Shown here in pieces: positions 47,716 through 56,153 of a DNA stretch of 64,000 nt. Location: contig JBBTRA010000007.1 in assembly GCA_038065415.1 (NCBI GenBank), positions 34,615-98,614 on the forward strand, given 5' to 3'. The notes beneath the pieces were generated by a model. That model was given only the letters and a program-made list of their open reading frames with translations. It did no database searches and had not been told where the DNA came from. A program made the position numbers and the translations under genes. Each line of letters starts with the position of its first letter. Within the stretch, counting starts at the first letter, position 1. Origin of the DNA: Patescibacteria group bacterium (lineage in GTDB: Bacteria > Patescibacteriota > Minisyncoccia > Phycocordibacterales > PALSA-1337).

Positions 47716-48897
47716 TTAGTTGATCAGCATCACATCCTGGGGATTTATCTGACTGTTCTTTCTGTATTCAAGATCCTTTACGACCAAATCTGCTTTTTTG
47801 AGCAAAGCATCCTTCTTTTCTGCATCTGTTATTTTTGGTATTGCTTCGTCGATCATTTTTTTCACTGCGGCGAGCTGTGTAGCAGGATCGCCGGGGAATG
47901 AATTTTCCTGCAATACCAAAGAGCCGTATATCGGATAGTATATGTTATTAATATCTTGGATCTTATCCGCAGGGCTGCCAAATTCTTCGAGCTTCTTCAG
48001 GGCTGATGCGTATGTCTTTGCTGCTGCACTTTTGGCTCCACGGACAGTTGGCAGGTCGTTTGTGGTGGCGTTGCTCGTCTCACCGAGGTCTCTATTGATT
48101 GCCTGCATGGCCGTTATGATTGCCTCAGCTGACTTTTGGACCTGAACGGCCTTGGTGTCATTGAGCTGGTTATCGATGTTAGCAATCTCCCCTTCCAGGC
48201 GCGCGACAGCCTCTGTATCCCCGTTTCTGCGTGCGGCATCAAGGTCATACTGTACTGTCGCCCTTCGTTGAGTGAGTTGGGCAACAGTCGCTTTTGCGGC
48301 TTCGCGTTCAACTATGAGTTGTTGAGTCTGGACTTTATAGGCGTCTGCTTCTGCTGCAAGCTGGGTGAAGAATTCAGATACAGCCTTCTTGTCATATTTG
48401 AGCTCGAGTGGCGTCACTAGGGTGCTCGGTATGGCAACAAGTCTCGGATCTATTGTTCTCAATATGAGGTATGAACACAATACCAGGAGTAAGCCTTGCA
48501 ACGCTTTGATTATTGTTTCCTTCCCTTCATTCTTGCCGGTGAATGAATCACTGCTTGTGTATTTGAATCCACCCCACACAATCATGAACACGGCCGCAGC
48601 TGCAGACAGTGCTATCAACAGATTGAATACATATTGAACATATGTCTTGAAATCTACATCTTCCTGGGTTGCTCCGGAACACGCAACTTCAGTTCCGGGG
48701 ATTGCATTGCCGTTGGCATCCTTTGCTGCAGGACTTGGAATACATGGTAATGGTTCGAGCAGAGTGTAGCGCACCTCTTCGTCAGTGGTTTGTGCCTGCG
48801 ATAGTGTGGGAGCTATCAGGGCCACGCTCGAAAGCAGCAAGAAGAGTGCTAGAGACATTCTCGCACGGTAACCTATTTTTTTTGATGAAAATTTCAT
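47716..48897 (-). CDS. secreted protein with two hydrophobic helices (VirB2/TrbC-pilin-like topology) fused to a long coiled-coil domain
   Basis: Signal peptide, then two TM-like segments (YVFNLLIALSAAAAVFMIVWGGF and IIKALQGLLLVLCSYLIL), then about 220 aa of coiled coil. Confidence 0.4.
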   Translation of the reverse strand: MKFSSKKIGYRARMSLALFLLLSSVALIAPTLSQAQTTDEEVRYTLLEPLPCIPSPAAKDANGNAIPGTEVACSGATQEDVDFKTYVQYVFNLLIALSAAAAVFMIVWGGFKYTSSDSFTGKNEGKETIIKALQGLLLVLCSYLILRTIDPRLVAIPSTLVTPLELKYDKKAVSEFFTQLAAEADAYKVQTQQLIVEREAAKATVAQLTQRRATVQYDLDAARRNGDTEAVARLEGEIANIDNQLNDTKAVQVQKSAEAIITAMQAINRDLGETSNATTNDLPTVRGAKSAAAKTYASALKKLEEFGSPADKIQDINNIYYPIYGSLVLQENSFPGDPATQLAAVKKMIDEAIPKITDAEKKDALLKKADLVVKDLEYRKNSQINPQDVMLIN

Positions 48898-48906
48898 ATG
48901 TAGGTG

Positions 48907-49941
48907 TTAGAAAGCGGGTTCTTCAAGTGATGAGGATTTTTCCTGACTGAAGGCTGCAGAGAATCCCCCACTGGCTCCCTGCAGTATTTTAGCAGCATTC
49001 TTGATGCCCAGGGTTATACTCGATGAACCTGCGGAACCTTCGGGTGCGCGCAATACGACAGATTGATTGGATGAAAGCTCATCACGCCTGATACCGTTGA
49101 TTACCCACGAAAATGCGAGACTCCCGATACTGGAGATGGGCCTGTTAAATCCGTATGGAACAGCAAGCACACTAGTCTCTTTTTCTGAGCCGATATTCAC
49201 CACGGCTCCAATCATCTTGTTGAAAAGTGGGCCATAGAGCGGGTCGTCGATATAGAATCCAACTGTAGGGCTTTCCATGGTGACATATGCGATACCCTGT
49301 GCCCGTGCACTGTTGTCGCGAGGCCAGACACTTACAGATACGGTGTACGGGCGAGGAACAATGTCTCCGAGTATCGAGACAGATTGCTTACCGTACCCCG
49401 ATTGTTCCTCGATCACGCGTTCGTTCTTCTTCCACTGGTATATGAGTGTTTTAGGGTCGTACTCTACACCATCGGCGTCGGCCAGGTGTGGAACAGCGAT
49501 GACCTTCACGGTATTCTGGTATACCGTACCAAGCTTGCCTCTGAAGAAAGTCGGCGCATATCCGTCGGTCTCCGTAATCATATCCACAGATCCCGAGCCG
49601 ATAGTCACAGAAGCAGTTACGGTCCTTCCTTCGGTTGTTGCAGCGCTTACTGTCACGACAAACTTCTTTCCGAGAACAGGTGCTATGATTTCGAGTGTCG
49701 TGAGACCGATACCACTCTGGACCTGTTTTCCGTTGACTGACCAAGAAACTACAGAGGTGTTGATATCTATAGTGTAGCTACGGGCTCTCAAGATGACCGT
49801 TTGACCAGGAGCCGGATTCTCGTTGGATACAGATACATCAAGCCCGCCAACAGTGATAGGAACCTGCGCGCAAGCGGCAGATGCAGAAAGAAACATTGAA
49901 AATATGAGAAAGAGAAAATAACGAGATTTCATCTGTATCAT
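48907..49941 (-). CDS. secreted beta-sandwich protein (signal peptide)
   Basis: 344 aa. Signal peptide MIQMKSRYFLFLIFSMFLSASAACAQ followed by T/S/V-rich beta-strand repeats. Confidence 0.45.
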   Translation of the reverse strand: MIQMKSRYFLFLIFSMFLSASAACAQVPITVGGLDVSVSNENPAPGQTVILRARSYTIDINTSVVSWSVNGKQVQSGIGLTTLEIIAPVLGKKFVVTVSAATTEGRTVTASVTIGSGSVDMITETDGYAPTFFRGKLGTVYQNTVKVIAVPHLADADGVEYDPKTLIYQWKKNERVIEEQSGYGKQSVSILGDIVPRPYTVSVSVWPRDNSARAQGIAYVTMESPTVGFYIDDPLYGPLFNKMIGAVVNIGSEKETSVLAVPYGFNRPISSIGSLAFSWVINGIRRDELSSNQSVVLRAPEGSAGSSSITLGIKNAAKILQGASGGFSAAFSQEKSSSLEEPAF

Positions 49942-49955
49942 TTTACCACATGAGC

Positions 49956-50429
49956 CTATTTCACCAATCCCCCGCTTGGAGGTCGTACACCTCCTTTGTT
50001 AACACGCAATGCGGCTGTAGCGGAGCTACCTGCTGGTTGACGTACACCGCCCACATTTCGTGGTGATCGTATGCTGTTCGAGAGGAGAGATTTCTGCTGC
50101 TGCTGCGCTTGGATCTGAGCCTCTTCTTTTTTGACGTCGTTATATATATACCAAACATCGAACGTCCAGAAAGGGGCTATTCCCCCGGTGACTGCATCAC
50201 CCAAGGCAAAAGCCATGAGAGATATGAGACGTGTTGGCTTGTTGAATATCGGTATTCGGAAGAGTAGGAGGAGCCCGAGCAATACAGGACCTGTGATGAG
50301 CTCGAGCAACTCGCTTATGATGACGCCTACACCGGTGAAAGTGATCAAGATCTGCACGATATCGACGACTCCAGCTACGATATAGAGGATGGCCCACTGA
50401 ATCGTCTTTTTCTTGGGCTTTTTGTCCAT
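49956..50429 (-). CDS. small polytopic membrane protein (T4SS-associated)
   Basis: 157 aa with three hydrophobic segments and a Gln-rich tail. Confidence 0.4.
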   Translation of the reverse strand: MDKKPKKKTIQWAILYIVAGVVDIVQILITFTGVGVIISELLELITGPVLLGLLLLFRIPIFNKPTRLISLMAFALGDAVTGGIAPFWTFDVWYIYNDVKKEEAQIQAQQQQKSLLSNSIRSPRNVGGVRQPAGSSATAALRVNKGGVRPPSGGLVK

Positions 50430-50445
50430 GCGTCAATTATAGCAG

Positions 50446-50565
50446 AATCGCCCGGCAGGTATGCACCTGTATTTTCTCGATATCTCGCAGAACGATACAC
50501 TATTTTTTAGTGTAGACACGCAACGAGATATCGAGAAAATACAGGTGCATACCTGCCGGGCGATT
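50446..50565. repeat. long perfect inverted repeat: 42-bp arms, 36-nt spacer containing a nested 6-bp hairpin
   Basis: Left arm AATCGCCCGGCAGGTATGCACCTGTATTTTCTCGATATCTCG matches its exact reverse complement at 50524-50565. It lies inside the operon, between the virB4 stop and the next gene. Confidence 0.85.
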
Positions 50566-50571
50566 GGATCT

Positions 50572-52386
50572 TTATCCGGCTTGTTCCAGATCCTTCTTGG
50601 CCTGCTTGATACTCATGACCTGTGCCGGGTTGGTGGTAATGATCTGATCTTCGGTGTATGAGGCGACTATCTTGATGGCTACGTGCTTGAGTCCCACGAA
50701 GAATATACCCTCTCCTACATCTGATTCGAGCAAGAGATACTTCTCTTCGTCGGTGAGGTTGAACGTCTTTTGGATATGATCGATGACCGTCGGAGACTGC
50801 TTGAGCAGTATCTGAATGGAAGAGTTGGTAACGATCGGCAATCCGTACGGAGAGTTCAAGAAGTCATCCACATCCTGGGTGATAGTGGCAAGTCCGAGGA
50901 AGTATTTGCGACCACGCTTGGCCAAACTGAACAAGAATGAGGCAGTATCCTCTGATTTCATCATCCACCACGCTTCGTCAATGACGAGTAAGCGTTTCTT
51001 GAGATTCTTGCGGATAGCATTCCATATATAGTGTGTGACGATATACATGGCGACTGGTTTGAGCTCGTCTTCCATGTCGCGGAGTGAGAAAACAGCGAAC
51101 TTCTTATTGATATCTACGTTAGAAGGCCTGTTGATGAAGCCGGACCATGTTCCCTTGGTGTACTTGGAGAGCCTCTGAACAAGAGAGTCCCCTCCTTCCA
51201 TTCCAGCCAAGACAAGTTCGAAGTCAGACAGAAGTGGTGGCTCTACAGTACGGAAGTCTGCTTCAGGAGTGATGTCTTTGAGGGCGTACGTTTCGGTGAT
51301 AGCGCGATCGATGATCGCATCTTCTTCCTGGGTCAAACCACCAAGCATGATGCGGAAGAGTCCCACCAGGTTGATGATGTTGGAGCGGAGAACATCAGCG
51401 GCTGACTCGTCCTCGCGCGGTATCGGGAGATCAAATGGATTGATATGGTGCTCTGAATTGAGAGAGATGTTGAAGTACTTCCCTCCGGTTGCTTCGGCCA
51501 TGTACTCATATTCTTTTTCAGGGTCAATGACGATAACATCGGTATCGAACATGAGCGTACGCAGGATCTCAAGTTTGGTATTGTATGATTTTCCAGCTCC
51601 AGCAACGGCGAATGTTACGGAATTGTAGTTCTCGAGAGAGAATCTGTCGAAAAGGACGAGCGACGAGTTATGTCGATTGATGCCGTAGAGTATTCCTTTG
51701 TCGGAAGTAAGATCGAAGGAAACGAACGGGAACAGCGAAGACAGTGGGGATGAGTTGAGTTTGGAATGCACAGCGAGCTGGTCATCAGCTATAGGAATGA
51801 CCGATTTGAAGCCCTGTTCTTGCTGGAAGAGTGCCGGCTTTACATAGATGAGCTTTGATTCGAGGATGGATTTGATCTCAGATTCGAGCTTGTCGAGCTC
51901 CCCTTCGTTGTCTGCGAAGAGGGTGATGTAGACGCCAACATCAAAAAGATGCTCCTGTGCCTGCATGAGCTGGTCTCTGAGCTGTTCGAGGTCCTGGTAC
52001 GCTGTGTCGAGCGCCGGATCGCGGACGAGACCCTTCTCTTCCCTGTGTGAAATCTGGCTCTGTACCTCAGCAACCTTCTTCTGGAAATGTCTCAAGATCT
52101 TGGCTGTATCGACTGGGTGTATGAATATAGAGATGTTGAATATCTTGTCGAGGTTGATGATCGGGGCGAACCAGCTTTCATCGAGGAAGCGTGGGTATGA
52201 GATGACGAAGAGTGTACGGCCAACTTTTTCGCCTAGGTTGAGATCCTTTGGGCTGATCTTGAGTGCCGATGGTGATATGACATCCTTGAGCTCCAGCACG
52301 CCGGCCTGGTATATCTCTTCGGGTAGGATGGAGACGATCGGAGATTGCTCGTCTTTTTTCCCGAATAGTTTTCCGATGAATGACAT
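50572..52386 (-). CDS. virB4: type IV secretion ATPase VirB4/TrbE family (ATPase portion)
   Basis: Walker A AGAGKSY and Walker B LLVIDEAWWMM. The start is taken at the internal MSFIGKLF, 8 nt after the upstream ORF's stop. Confidence 0.85.
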   Translation of the reverse strand: MSFIGKLFGKKDEQSPIVSILPEEIYQAGVLELKDVISPSALKISPKDLNLGEKVGRTLFVISYPRFLDESWFAPIINLDKIFNISIFIHPVDTAKILRHFQKKVAEVQSQISHREEKGLVRDPALDTAYQDLEQLRDQLMQAQEHLFDVGVYITLFADNEGELDKLESEIKSILESKLIYVKPALFQQEQGFKSVIPIADDQLAVHSKLNSSPLSSLFPFVSFDLTSDKGILYGINRHNSSLVLFDRFSLENYNSVTFAVAGAGKSYNTKLEILRTLMFDTDVIVIDPEKEYEYMAEATGGKYFNISLNSEHHINPFDLPIPREDESAADVLRSNIINLVGLFRIMLGGLTQEEDAIIDRAITETYALKDITPEADFRTVEPPLLSDFELVLAGMEGGDSLVQRLSKYTKGTWSGFINRPSNVDINKKFAVFSLRDMEDELKPVAMYIVTHYIWNAIRKNLKKRLLVIDEAWWMMKSEDTASFLFSLAKRGRKYFLGLATITQDVDDFLNSPYGLPIVTNSSIQILLKQSPTVIDHIQKTFNLTDEEKYLLLESDVGEGIFFVGLKHVAIKIVASYTEDQIITTNPAQVMSIKQAKKDLEQAG

Positions 52387-52394
52387 AGTTCTTT

Positions 52395-53036
52395 TTATGT
52401 TATCTGGATAGGCTTCTCTGTCTCCCCTGGATTGAAGAGCTTGTAGAACAATTCTACCACCTCCTCTGTGCCGAGCTCTGCCGCCCTGATGCCGCAACGC
52501 ACGAGACCTTGCTCTACTACTGCTACGCGCTGTTCGAGTTGACTACGGTATTCTTGGAATTGCGCGTCAGCATTCATTTGAGCATTCTTTGCAGAATTCT
52601 TGCCGGGGAACATGCTTGCGAGCGGATTCTTGCTCGAGCTCATGATCGGTGGCTCATATGGTATGACGACGAAGAAGCTCTTGGACATGATATTGGTGCT
52701 CTCGACGAAGGTTTTGATGAATTCTATATACTCGCGAACCTGTATTTTCATGAGTTCAGTTAGCTGTTCTTTGTAGCGATCCTCTAGGAGGGCTATATAG
52801 GGTCTTATATCGAGCTTCTTTGACTGGACGAATATTTGAATGGAAAAATCTAGAGAATTTACGAAATTCTGGAATTGCATGAGGATGGAACTCTGCTCAT
52901 CTTGCGACTTGAGAGCGAAGTTGAGAGACGAAGCGAGTACGACCGCGCGCATGCCACCGTTCTTGAGGATGATGACGCCGTCGCGTATCTCCTGTATTGG
53001 TATGAAATCCTGTGTTGTTGATTGTTTTGGAGCCAT
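52395..53036 (-). CDS. VirB4 N-terminal domain encoded as a separate 213-aa ORF
   Basis: DFIPIQEIRDGVIILKNGGMRAVVLASSLNFALKSQDEQ resembles the N-terminal region of Gram-positive-type VirB4 homologues. Ends in TAA 8 nt before the ATPase ORF's start. Confidence 0.55.
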   Translation of the reverse strand: MAPKQSTTQDFIPIQEIRDGVIILKNGGMRAVVLASSLNFALKSQDEQSSILMQFQNFVNSLDFSIQIFVQSKKLDIRPYIALLEDRYKEQLTELMKIQVREYIEFIKTFVESTNIMSKSFFVVIPYEPPIMSSSKNPLASMFPGKNSAKNAQMNADAQFQEYRSQLEQRVAVVEQGLVRCGIRAAELGTEEVVELFYKLFNPGETEKPIQIT

Positions 53037-53041
53037 TGCTG

Positions 53042-53467
53042 TTATTTTTGATTGCGGTTGGAATACATGCTTTCTTTGATATCAAGGCTCCAGCTCAAGT
53101 CCTTGAGCTTGCTATCAGATATCTTGGGGACCATGATGGAGGCATAATTTTGAATGTCCTCTTTTGCTGCCTGGGCTTTTTTGTCCTCCTTCTTCCATAT
53201 ATAGAGCTTGCCGCCGAGATAATATTTGAAAGCTGCTTCGATGACGTTGACGAAAGATTTGTTGTTGACCTTGTAAAAAGCAAATGCTGCCGATATTCCC
53301 ATGATGAGGATAATCGGCACGATAGCGAGCGTGAAGCTCTTGAGTACTACATATGCCAAGAATGAGAGGCCTCCCCCGCCCGCGAGATATATGAACTGCT
53401 TCAAGGTGAGCGGTCCGAATATCTTATCTTCTACCTCGATGAATTGGGGTACTTGGAAGCGCATCAC
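53042..53467 (-). CDS. small membrane protein, VirB3/TcpE-like (putative)
   Basis: 141 aa with two TM helices after a conserved-looking N-terminus (FIEVEDKIFGPLTLKQFIYLAGGG). Confidence 0.4.
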   Translation of the reverse strand: MMRFQVPQFIEVEDKIFGPLTLKQFIYLAGGGGLSFLAYVVLKSFTLAIVPIILIMGISAAFAFYKVNNKSFVNVIEAAFKYYLGGKLYIWKKEDKKAQAAKEDIQNYASIMVPKISDSKLKDLSWSLDIKESMYSNRNQK

Positions 53468-53583
53468 TCTTTATTATAGCGGCAAGCGAGGGTGTGTAGC
53501 AACTCGTTGATACGACACCTGAGCGCCGCTGTTATATGAGCGAGGCGAATATAGCGTCTTTGCATGGTATCCACCAAGCATTT

Positions 53584-54303
53584 CTACTTGATCAGCTCTC
53601 GGTATGGATCATTTCCCTGTTTTTTGGGTGCTACGGGTGGTGTTGGTGTTTGTTTTGGTGCTTCTGTTGGAAGATTTGGTGGCACTTGCCCCGTATGTAT
53701 GGGAGATTGAGCCGCTACTTTTTCCTCGGTCATTCCTGCGGGGTTGCTCAGAAGGCGGTCGACGAGAGGTTCAGTGTGGTTCTCAAATGCAGCAGACTTG
53801 GTAGAAGGGGTTGTTCGAGGATTCTCGAGGTTATCCAGGATCTGGTCGCGGTCAGCAGAAGTCACTTCTTTGCCAAAATTTTGCTTTGGCGTCTCCTGTT
53901 CTATATCAAAACCACCAACACGCTCGATATTTTCGACTGCTGCAGAGTGATCTTGTTCAGCTTCATCCCGCTGAGAGCTCAGTTCAACTTCTGACTTTCT
54001 CAAGTAATCCCTGATGGAATCGAATATTTCGTGGTTTACATCAGTGGCCAATGCTTGAGCTACTTTGGATGGTATGCCCAGGCGTTCGGTGGCGTGTGAG
54101 ACGAAATCGGACGATCGTACGAGACCGAGCAGTATGAGCCCAATCTCATCGACGAGTTCACCGAGCTGATCTATGAGGAGGCCATGCTTCTTCCCCACGG
54201 CCATGATCTTGTCATGTATCTCTGGGGACGTCACTGCCGCCTGAAGCTCAGGAGAGAGCCTTTCAAACTGTTCTTTGAGTTGTTCTGAAGTGAATTGCCT
54301 CAT
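53584..54303 (-). CDS. hypothetical soluble protein (T4SS operon)
   Basis: 239-aa acidic protein with a Pro-rich tail. Its stop overlaps the virB6-like start by 4 nt. Confidence 0.4.
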   Translation of the reverse strand: MRQFTSEQLKEQFERLSPELQAAVTSPEIHDKIMAVGKKHGLLIDQLGELVDEIGLILLGLVRSSDFVSHATERLGIPSKVAQALATDVNHEIFDSIRDYLRKSEVELSSQRDEAEQDHSAAVENIERVGGFDIEQETPKQNFGKEVTSADRDQILDNLENPRTTPSTKSAAFENHTEPLVDRLLSNPAGMTEEKVAAQSPIHTGQVPPNLPTEAPKQTPTPPVAPKKQGNDPYRELIK

Positions 54304-56147
54304 GCTTTTGGTTTGTCGTCTTTAGGCTTTGCATCATCTTTTGAATCATCTTTCCCTTCCTCGGCGAGTGCACTTGCAAGTGCTTTCACATCTTTAGCCT
54401 TCTTTTTGCCAGATGCTCTGCCTATGGCTGCTCCCAAATCCTTAACCTTTCTTCTCAATTGATCCAGCTCAACCTTTTCCGCATTGGTGAATGTGTCGCC
54501 ACCTTCCTTCTCCCTCTTCTCAAGATATTTGAAGTTAGGTGATTCTTCTATATCCTGTTTTGCTTTTTTATTCTGCTCAAGCTCAGCTTCATCTTTCAAG
54601 CTGAATGCGGTCTCTACATTTGCCCTATCTTTCATCATGAGAGTGAGTACAGACCTGTCATTAAGGGTTGACCTGAACTTACCTTGATATCCCTTTGCCC
54701 GTCCCTTTGCCAGTTCTCTTTCAAGCTCAGTTTTATAGGCAGCATCATTAACGGATCCAAGGCGTTTATTAAGTGCATCTACATCCTTCTTCCTTTGCTT
54801 CAACGTAGCATCATAACTTCCTTTCTTGTCACCAAAACCGGCAGAACTGATGTTGGATAGTCCCTTCGAAACAGCAAGACCTAGGTTTGGATTGCGCGAA
54901 TAGAATGCACGAGCACCATCGCTATCATTGATCCTGCTTGCGGCCATGCCCAGCGTATTCCTGCCTGTCCATCCACCCACCTTCTTCCATAGTGCATCAG
55001 CTCCCAGCTTACTTCCGTCGAGCAAACCTCCCGTCTTGGCGCCGAGCTTGATGGCGACTAGGAGTGGTAGGTTGAGCATGACTATCACAAAGACGGCGTT
55101 GATCGCGAATGATACGAACTCAGTCGGTACAAGCGTTCCCGCATCGGTTCCCTGCCACAAGTTGCCGTAAGCTCCGCTTTTGAAGATGGTGCTCTTGGTG
55201 AGTATCAAGAGCGCTGCATACATGAGGAGCAGATATGCAGGCATGAATACAAGCTGTCCGGTGAATGTTTTGACCCATTCATTCGAGTATTCTTTGAGTT
55301 GAGGTATCACTGCCGCGGCGCACCAGACGGGCGAGAATGCGAGCAAGAATAGGAGTATAACCAGACGCACAACGAATGCGAGTGCTGCAAACAAGAAGCT
55401 TAGCCCTGTAGTTATCATAATGACTGCACCGGTCCAACCAATCAGGATGATCTTGAAAGGCGCCGATACCCCTCCCGTTGCGTCTGAGGATTGGAGGTTT
55501 TTCGGGTCGAATGCGCTCTGTATCTGGAGCGATTGCATGAATATCGCTGACAGACCTCCGTCATTGAAGAGAGTGTTCACGATCTGAGGCAACGCCCCTG
55601 CTCCAGCTGCACCGCTACCACTTCCGCTTTGCTGGATGATCTGGCCGATGTCCGGCTGTCCTGGGGTGATCGCTTTGTAGAGCTGGAGAGATACGATATT
55701 CGAAGCATCTATCAAGAGTCCGGTGAAGAAAAAGCTGAAATTGATGAGTACGCCGGCGACGACTACGTTCTTGATAACACCTCCAAGTTTGGCATCTTGC
55801 CCCAGAATCATGCGGATGGCCGCATAGAGCAGGGTGAAGATGATGAATAGGCCTGAAATATCTCGGATAGTGCGCCACACCTCATAGATAGCAGGTGTAC
55901 TGTCCACGAAATCCCTGATGTGCATGGTCAGGTTGATTGAGACGTTGAGGAGTGTACCGGTGAGTGCGACGAACCAGGAAGTTATCGAGAGCATCACATT
56001 CACGAGCAGAGCTACGCCTTCAGATATAAAATCCCAGAAGAGATTGTATCCAAACAATCCTTCTGCGTGCACCACGTGTCCGGAAAAGCCCACCACCGCG
56101 GCGATGAGTATGAGGCAGGCTGATATGTGACGTAGTGAAAGTCTCAT
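54300..56147 (-). CDS. VirB6/TrbL-like polytopic membrane protein with a charged K/D/E-rich C-terminal tail
   Basis: 615 aa with a signal-like N-terminus, at least 6 TM helices, and a tail ending KDDSKDDAKPKDDKPKA. Confidence 0.55.
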   Translation of the reverse strand: MRLSLRHISACLILIAAVVGFSGHVVHAEGLFGYNLFWDFISEGVALLVNVMLSITSWFVALTGTLLNVSINLTMHIRDFVDSTPAIYEVWRTIRDISGLFIIFTLLYAAIRMILGQDAKLGGVIKNVVVAGVLINFSFFFTGLLIDASNIVSLQLYKAITPGQPDIGQIIQQSGSGSGAAGAGALPQIVNTLFNDGGLSAIFMQSLQIQSAFDPKNLQSSDATGGVSAPFKIILIGWTGAVIMITTGLSFLFAALAFVVRLVILLFLLAFSPVWCAAAVIPQLKEYSNEWVKTFTGQLVFMPAYLLLMYAALLILTKSTIFKSGAYGNLWQGTDAGTLVPTEFVSFAINAVFVIVMLNLPLLVAIKLGAKTGGLLDGSKLGADALWKKVGGWTGRNTLGMAASRINDSDGARAFYSRNPNLGLAVSKGLSNISSAGFGDKKGSYDATLKQRKKDVDALNKRLGSVNDAAYKTELERELAKGRAKGYQGKFRSTLNDRSVLTLMMKDRANVETAFSLKDEAELEQNKKAKQDIEESPNFKYLEKREKEGGDTFTNAEKVELDQLRRKVKDLGAAIGRASGKKKAKDVKALASALAEEGKDDSKDDAKPKDDKPKA

Positions 56148-56153
56148 TATGTG

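Noticed and set aside
50461-50661. 66-aa plus-strand ORF and 79-aa minus-strand ORF (50197..50436) around the virB4 3' end
   Set aside because: They are generated by the long inverted repeat, so palindromes create mirror ORFs. The minus-strand ORF is out of frame within the 49956..50429 membrane-protein gene.
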